Virus record (IMG/VR): IMGVR_UViG_3300005663_000148
Coordinates: 1 to 31,588 of that record
From: a virus
Lineage: Duplodnaviria > Caudoviricetes
Direction: 5' to 3' (one strand)
DNA length: 31,588 nt
Shown here: positions 26,300 through 31,588 of the stretch, piece by piece
How positions within the stretch are numbered: the stretch's first letter is position 1
Layout of the letters: each line of letters starts with the position of its first letter
Notes under the pieces: model-generated
Databases searched by the model: none
The model's input: only the letters and a program-made list of their open reading frames with translations
What the model was told of the DNA's origin: nothing
Made by a program: the position numbers and the translations under genes

Positions 26300-27696
26300 A
26301 CTACTTTCAAGGGTATATCAGCAAATTCCATAACAATCTCTTCTCGTTTGTTTTCGCCGGAGATTAATATTCTACGTCCAACTATACGTTTATTTCTCTG
26401 TACATCACCATATTTTGCAGTTACACGATCGCCAAGAAAATAATGTACACCATATAATGAATTTGGTTGTTGTAAAGGCGAGAAAATAAAAATTTCTTTA
26501 GCTTGCAATTCTTGCAAAGATTCACTACCAGCTGTCTCCAATTGATAGACGAATTCTTGTCCGGAAGCATTACGTGTTACCTCACGTCTATTCCATGGCG
26601 AATCTGCAATAGCTGTTTCATCGCGAGAAACTTGTACAGAACGTGTTGAAAGATCGCCTTGTCCAAGTACAAAAATAATATTCGCTTCGGACATACGGTC
26701 ATATTGATAAGTCATATTTTGTACACTTCCCATAGGTACACTGAATACTACTGGAACATTACCCGCAGCATTTTTACCTGTTGACGAATTTAAACCCTCA
26801 ACTGTTCGATCAGCACCTAATTGTCCAACAAAAGTTTTGAAAATAAATTTTGCGAGAGCTTGTCCTTCAACTTTATAATCGATTCCAGAAAAATTTGCAA
26901 TGTCTATTAAAACATCCAATAAATTTTCAGCAGGTCTGCTACCACTCCATAATTTACCTGCACCATTATCAACGTCAATTGAAAATCCAGGAAGAACTCC
27001 AGGCGCATCAATAAATGTACCGCTTCCATAATCAGCTTCGAACTTACGTCCATTAGCAGGAGTTGCTGATGGACCGCAATTTTCTTCAGCATATTCTTTC
27101 ATTGCAGTTTCCGATGGTATTAAATTTTTGTCTGCTCTGACCGTTCCACCAAGATATGCAATTGTAGTTCGCGCTAATAAATCTGCGTAATCAAATCCAG
27201 AACTAGAAAAAACTTTTACACCGTTTTGATTGATGCCACGAAATGGCGTACGATGTAGCCCTTCAAATTCTAAAGCCCACGGCAACATCCCAGGAATTGA
27301 ACGATAAATTTCTATTTGTCCATCCAACTCGAATAAATTAAACCTTGAATCCGAGTTATCGCGAAAAGTCAAAACATATGTACCAAGACTGTTTACTTTA
27401 GACGAAATTTCTAATGACAACCAATCATCAAATAATGCAACTTGTACACCACTTTGATCTTTTAATCGTATATAATATCTTGATGCAATATTTCCAAAAG
27501 CTGGAGTTGTAACAGCGCAGGGAATAACAATAGGTTCAACATATTTAACAAGTACTTCTAAAACAGCTTGTGTTACTCTTCCTTTTTGAGTACTTGGTTC
27601 AGCAAGTACCTCCAAAGGAGATTGAGTTACCCTTCCTTTTTGGGTATTGGGTTCTGCCAATACTTCTAAAGGAGCTTGAGTTACTCGTCCTGACAT
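26296..27696 (-). CDS. siphovirus minor tail hub protein (ReqiPepy6 Gp37-like) with N-terminal RVTQ repeats
   Basis: NIIFVLGQG...R, RREV..NA and YGVHYFLGDRVT motifs. Confidence 0.75.
   Translation of the reverse strand: MSGRVTQAPLEVLAEPNTQKGRVTQSPLEVLAEPSTQKGRVTQAVLEVLVKYVEPIVIPCAVTTPAFGNIASRYYIRLKDQSGVQVALFDDWLSLEISSKVNSLGTYVLTFRDNSDSRFNLFELDGQIEIYRSIPGMLPWALEFEGLHRTPFRGINQNGVKVFSSSGFDYADLLARTTIAYLGGTVRADKNLIPSETAMKEYAEENCGPSATPANGRKFEADYGSGTFIDAPGVLPGFSIDVDNGAGKLWSGSRPAENLLDVLIDIANFSGIDYKVEGQALAKFIFKTFVGQLGADRTVEGLNSSTGKNAAGNVPVVFSVPMGSVQNMTYQYDRMSEANIIFVLGQGDLSTRSVQVSRDETAIADSPWNRREVTRNASGQEFVYQLETAGSESLQELQAKEIFIFSPLQQPNSLYGVHYFLGDRVTAKYGDVQRNKRIVGRRILISGENKREEIVMEFADIPLKVV
27550..27690 (-). 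repeat. 54-bp (18-aa) tandem repeat, about 2.6 copies
   Basis: GRVTQAPLEVLAEPNTQK / GRVTQSPLEVLAEPSTQK / GRVTQAVLEVL. Confidence 0.9.
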
Positions 27697-28718
27697 TATG
27701 CACTCCGTCGATAGCCAAATTCAACACTATTTATACCTGCAATAGTCCAGGGAGCGGCGGTGTCAGGATCGCTCTCAACAATTTCTTGATGATATAAATA
27801 ATTATCACCTAAATTGAAATTAGATTGCACATGATCAGCACCCCCCTGCCTAAAGACAGGTTGACATGTTACCGCACCCGCATCATCTTTTCTTGCATCC
27901 AATAAAGTCTGTACGCCAGCAACTAAGCCAGCAGTCGTAACCAAGTTATCCATTAGATGAGTGTCTAGCTGTGGTAATCCTGCACCATCTTGGTGAGTAT
28001 AGGTCGTATCATCATCAGCAGGATTCTCATCAACGTCTTCGTAATTGACTTCGCCAGTATCAGGAAATCTATCCCACTGTGCTGCATTACCAGCACCATT
28101 TGGAAGTAATGCTTCTACACGATAATCGCCAATGAAGTCGTTATTGACTGCACCAGAATTATTCATTACATACAAGTCATCAATATAAGAGGAAACAACG
28201 CTAGTTCCGCCCCTAAATTTAATGACATTAACGCTATTGTTAGCAGTTTGTTGTGTGTCCTGAGCCACCTCCGATATCCAACTAATTTCATTGACTCTAA
28301 GATCTATTGTACCAGCACCATTGTTGATAAGAACTTTGAATTCTAAAAAGTACCATGCATCTATTTGAAACGACTCAGAAGAAGTAGCTAATACAGCTCC
28401 GCCTCGTTTGACTGAAATAGTACCATCAGCATTAATATCAAGACTAACTTGCTCTGTAGCCATATCAATTAAATAGAAAAATGTAGATGAAAATGGAGTA
28501 AAGGCTGCAAATTTTACAGCAAAACCAACTATCAACGTAGTATGTGAGCTGGATAATGTTTTTAGTACCTCCCTTCCCCCGCTACCTCCCAAAAATAACG
28601 CATCTGTTCCATTACGCCCATTACCTGCTGATATTGTAATACCATAACCAGAAGTCCATTTTTTCAGAATATCACCAATATCGTAGTGATCGAAACTATC
28701 CATAAATAATAGTGTCAT
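27696..28718 (-). CDS. virion protein with ConA/LamG-like domain
   Basis: MTLLFMDSFDHY start, WYFLEFKV and YIDDLYV motifs; tail-module context. Confidence 0.65.
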   Translation of the reverse strand: MTLLFMDSFDHYDIGDILKKWTSGYGITISAGNGRNGTDALFLGGSGGREVLKTLSSSHTTLIVGFAVKFAAFTPFSSTFFYLIDMATEQVSLDINADGTISVKRGGAVLATSSESFQIDAWYFLEFKVLINNGAGTIDLRVNEISWISEVAQDTQQTANNSVNVIKFRGGTSVVSSYIDDLYVMNNSGAVNNDFIGDYRVEALLPNGAGNAAQWDRFPDTGEVNYEDVDENPADDDTTYTHQDGAGLPQLDTHLMDNLVTTAGLVAGVQTLLDARKDDAGAVTCQPVFRQGGADHVQSNFNLGDNYLYHQEIVESDPDTAAPWTIAGINSVEFGYRRSA

Positions 28719-28721
28719 GTG

Positions 28722-28922
28722 TTATCTCCGTTTTATACTAGGCAAAAATATTCTATGTTGTGGTTTACGCTCAGCAAATGTTATTGGAAAAGTACCAGGA
28801 AATACCATTCCTTGTTTGTCACTTTCTGCAATTTCCTTTATCGCAAATATATCTCTCGTGCGTACAATCAAAGCCACGATTGAATAGAATGCAGCATGTA
28901 AGAAATTTCGTCTAGTAATCAT
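28722..28922 (-). CDS. 66-aa protein with twin-arginine signal
   Basis: MITRRNFL followed by a hydrophobic stretch; C-terminal IFLPSIKRR. Confidence 0.6.
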   Translation of the reverse strand: MITRRNFLHAAFYSIVALIVRTRDIFAIKEIAESDKQGMVFPGTFPITFAERKPQHRIFLPSIKRR

Positions 28923-28949
28923 AGCATAATAAATGAGTATATTAACTTC

Positions 28950-29900
28950 TTATCTAACTTTATATGTGACATAAAAGCCTATAGTAAACATATCCTGATT
29001 AACTGTGTCAAGAACATCGACCGCATCTCGTACAAAAGTAAGTAATACTATATTTCCTGAATATGCAGTGAAGTCAATCGTTGTTTCCATTTGACAACTA
29101 TGATAACCATCGTTAGATTCAACCGCTTCCTGTGCAAAAGCAGGTTCTATAATACCGATACTTCCTACTGTGCCACCACATTCACCTACTGCAATTACCA
29201 TCTTGGCATAAATATTATTGCCATTACCGCCAAAGAGTACAGCTTTAACAGTTAGATCTGAATAATAATTCGCTGGCAAAATAAACCACCCATGCGCTTC
29301 AGAATTTTTAGCATCTTGCATTTTTACGCCGGTCAAACCAATTGCTGTTTCTTCAAGATATTCGTTTATTGGATCTGTTCTATTATAAACAAATCCACAA
29401 GGTATGAATATAGTTTCAAGTAGTGGACGCAGTACCCATACACGCTGATCTGTAACTACGTCAACATCACCGGCAGCATCAGTAAGAACGGTAGCTAATG
29501 GTATTTCCCAAATTACTCCATCAGTTTGAATTAATGCTAACAGAGCGGCTGCTTCACTAGCATACGGACCTCGTGCAAATATTCGAACTTCTTGCCCTGC
29601 AAAATCTTTTTGCAAACCAACGAGCCAATAGACTGTATTGCCAGAAGACGCATTATCTACATTGACTGTATTTTCATAAAACTTTCCGTCAACCAATGCT
29701 ATACCAGTAGCAACACGTATCGTAGTACCACCAGCGTCCGTTACTTCTAATTCATTTGCATAGCCACCAACAACACCTTGAACTGTACGATCACGTATAA
29801 ACATCTTACGATACATATCTGACCACTGATCGTCGCTGTATGGCGCTAAAATTGCGTCTCCAGTCACTATACCGCCCCAGGGTAATGAGCTTTCAACCAT
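28950..29900 (-). CDS. baseplate/minor tail protein
   Basis: IRVATGIALVDGKFYEN and WEIPLA.V...DQR motifs; follows the distal tail gene. Confidence 0.7.
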   Translation of the reverse strand: MVESSLPWGGIVTGDAILAPYSDDQWSDMYRKMFIRDRTVQGVVGGYANELEVTDAGGTTIRVATGIALVDGKFYENTVNVDNASSGNTVYWLVGLQKDFAGQEVRIFARGPYASEAAALLALIQTDGVIWEIPLATVLTDAAGDVDVVTDQRVWVLRPLLETIFIPCGFVYNRTDPINEYLEETAIGLTGVKMQDAKNSEAHGWFILPANYYSDLTVKAVLFGGNGNNIYAKMVIAVGECGGTVGSIGIIEPAFAQEAVESNDGYHSCQMETTIDFTAYSGNIVLLTFVRDAVDVLDTVNQDMFTIGFYVTYKVR

Positions 29901-29910
29901 AATAAATCTC

Positions 29911-30870
29911 CTAAATTCCTATATATTTCGTAAAGTATGCTACTTGAACTGCTGTATTCACATTTGCACCTCCACCTAAAACACGAAGTGTATTTATTCC
30001 ATTAGGTGCTATTGGACGTTCAGCAATATGAAAATCAACTAAGTTACTATCTGTTGTTACCGTACCGATTAAGCTTATTCCTAAATTATTTTGCACAACT
30101 TTATTTCCATATTGTAATCCAATCGTAACAACTTCTCCAGCTGAAATTACATAATTAAGTCGAATAAATTGATTTGTTGCTAAATTCGTAATAATAAATC
30201 CAGATAACGGACCTGTAATTTCAATAGTCGGAAATGTAAACCACGTGCCTACATATGAAACAATTCGATCACTATCAATAACGTCAGAACCAAATCGTAA
30301 ACCATCACCAACACCATCTTTATGAAATATTAATGAACCAAACGAAGTATCAAATACTAATTGATCGCTTGTTGCCAATGTCCACTCTAAACACACTTCA
30401 ACTGGATCATAAATTATTGGATTGTGCGCAATAAATCGTAACGGTTCTGTAAATCCATGCTCATCCCAAAGACGTCCTTTTTTGCTTTGAAATATTGGAC
30501 CTTTTTGTATTAAAACATCTAAATCACGAATACTACCATCAGGTAAATATTTCCGTAAAACACCTGGGCCGAATGCATTTAAATTATGTCTATTAGGACG
30601 AATCGCATCTATTAGAGTACTGCGATCTTCCCAATAATCATACCTACTACAGCCATTATTTCGAAGAACCATTTGTACAATACGAGTTTGCAAACGAAAA
30701 TCTACAACAGTTGCGCCGTGTTGTGTCGGTCCTCGTTGCGTAATGTATTCTATGGGTGGCAAACCCCAACCTTCCCAACTTGTTAAAAATTTATCCTCGG
30801 ATTCAAAATCAAGAACAGTTCCGTCAGAAGCAATATATTGGTTATATTCGGGAAATTCTTTTTTAATCAT
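29911..30870 (-). CDS. distal tail protein (Dit)
   Basis: Directly downstream of the tape measure gene; GPTQHGAT, PTIEITGP and PNGINTL motifs. Confidence 0.8.
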   Translation of the reverse strand: MIKKEFPEYNQYIASDGTVLDFESEDKFLTSWEGWGLPPIEYITQRGPTQHGATVVDFRLQTRIVQMVLRNNGCSRYDYWEDRSTLIDAIRPNRHNLNAFGPGVLRKYLPDGSIRDLDVLIQKGPIFQSKKGRLWDEHGFTEPLRFIAHNPIIYDPVEVCLEWTLATSDQLVFDTSFGSLIFHKDGVGDGLRFGSDVIDSDRIVSYVGTWFTFPTIEITGPLSGFIITNLATNQFIRLNYVISAGEVVTIGLQYGNKVVQNNLGISLIGTVTTDSNLVDFHIAERPIAPNGINTLRVLGGGANVNTAVQVAYFTKYIGI

Positions 30871-31588
30871 CGCAATGCCATTGATAACGCCATACTTAGA
30901 TCATCCCTAACCGAAGCTGGTGATTGAATGTCTTGATATGTCGGTGTCATTTCAATACTAATACTTTGGTCAATATGTGTAGTTACGGCTCCCGGTAAAG
31001 TGCTACCAATCACGGAACCATTTGCTAACGGCGAGCCACTAACACCTATACCTAAATCAGTCGTACTTATAGGCAAACTCATCAAATCTGCAATTATTTT
31101 TCCTACAGAAAGATTGGCTTTCTTTGCTTCACTAGCCATACCTATTTCCAAACCTTGAATCCAACTCATACCTAATTTAGCAAATTTTCTTGAATACGAA
31201 TGTGCATCAGATTCAGTGAATGCACCAGTAATAGCAGTACGAATTAATTTTTTAATGAATGCCCAAAGTTTACTTGCACCAGATGCAAGACCTTCTAAGA
31301 CACCTGCTATTAAATCTGCACCTAACGCAATCCAATCATCAAGAGTATCCAAAACGGCATCAATAGCATCGTCAATGAATTCTACAATTTTAACTAGAAT
31401 ACCGTGCTCAGGAGCAAAGAATTTATCTTTTATGCCTGCAAGAAAATCTGTAAGTAAATCCACTCCTGCATTAAAGAAGTCTGTAAGTTTTCCAAGAATT
31501 TTAGTAATTACCTTATCAATATACTCGCCGGTTTTTGTAATGATACCCTCTGGACCCAAAAATATCTGATACATTCCATTTGCAACAT
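30867..31588 (-). CDS. tape measure protein, C-terminal part (5'-truncated)
   Basis: Frame open to the window edge; amphipathic repeats, G.DLI.G...G and HSYSRKF..LG....GLEIGM. Confidence 0.85.
   Translation of the reverse strand, partial: VANGMYQIFLGPEGIITKTGEYIDKVITKILGKLTDFFNAGVDLLTDFLAGIKDKFFAPEHGILVKIVEFIDDAIDAVLDTLDDWIALGADLIAGVLEGLASGASKLWAFIKKLIRTAITGAFTESDAHSYSRKFAKLGMSWIQGLEIGMASEAKKANLSVGKIIADLMSLPISTTDLGIGVSGSPLANGSVIGSTLPGAVTTHIDQSISIEMTPTYQDIQSPASVRDDLSMALSMALR

Noticed and set aside
4550-31569. Numerous + strand ORFs antisense to the - strand genes
   Set aside because: Shadow ORFs with no RBS or motifs, fully overlapping well-supported genes
1-31588. Alternative genetic code (TGA=Trp) or CRISPR array
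   Set aside because: TGA terminates many genes in ATGA/GTGA overlaps and long genes are intact under code 11; no regularly spaced repeat-spacer array was seen

Overview
A 31.6 kb piece of a tailed (siphovirus-like) dsDNA phage genome. Bases 1-4028 hold + strand small accessory genes, including a basic DNA-binding protein, a ~460 bp cluster of structured non-coding elements with a tRNA-like element, an HNH-AP2 endonuclease and a lipoprotein. The remainder is on the - strand. In transcription order it runs: tape-measure C-terminus, distal tail and minor tail proteins, two holin-like proteins and a GH25 endolysin, a terminator and promoter, then SNF2 helicase, Cas4-like nuclease, Sak4-like ATPase, SSB-like protein and RuvC-like resolvase. 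Next come a nucleotide-metabolism cassette (FAD oxidoreductase, dUTPase/MazG-HAD fusion, DUF1599-like, divergent ThyX), family A DNA polymerase, AEP primase-helicase, a NUMOD1-type DNA-binding protein, dCMP deaminase, two more MazG-like proteins, a DnaQ-like exonuclease, ATP-dependent ligase and an HslV-like peptidase. The best candidate for an undescribed system is a flavin-based DNA base-modification pathway built around a ThyX with altered conserved residues. Other notable items are a stand-alone PolA O-helix mini-protein, a MazG gene interrupted by an in-frame TGA, an oriented leader repeat and a Tat-signal micro-protein that hints at a Chloroflexota host. All calls come from motif recognition by eye; no searches were run.
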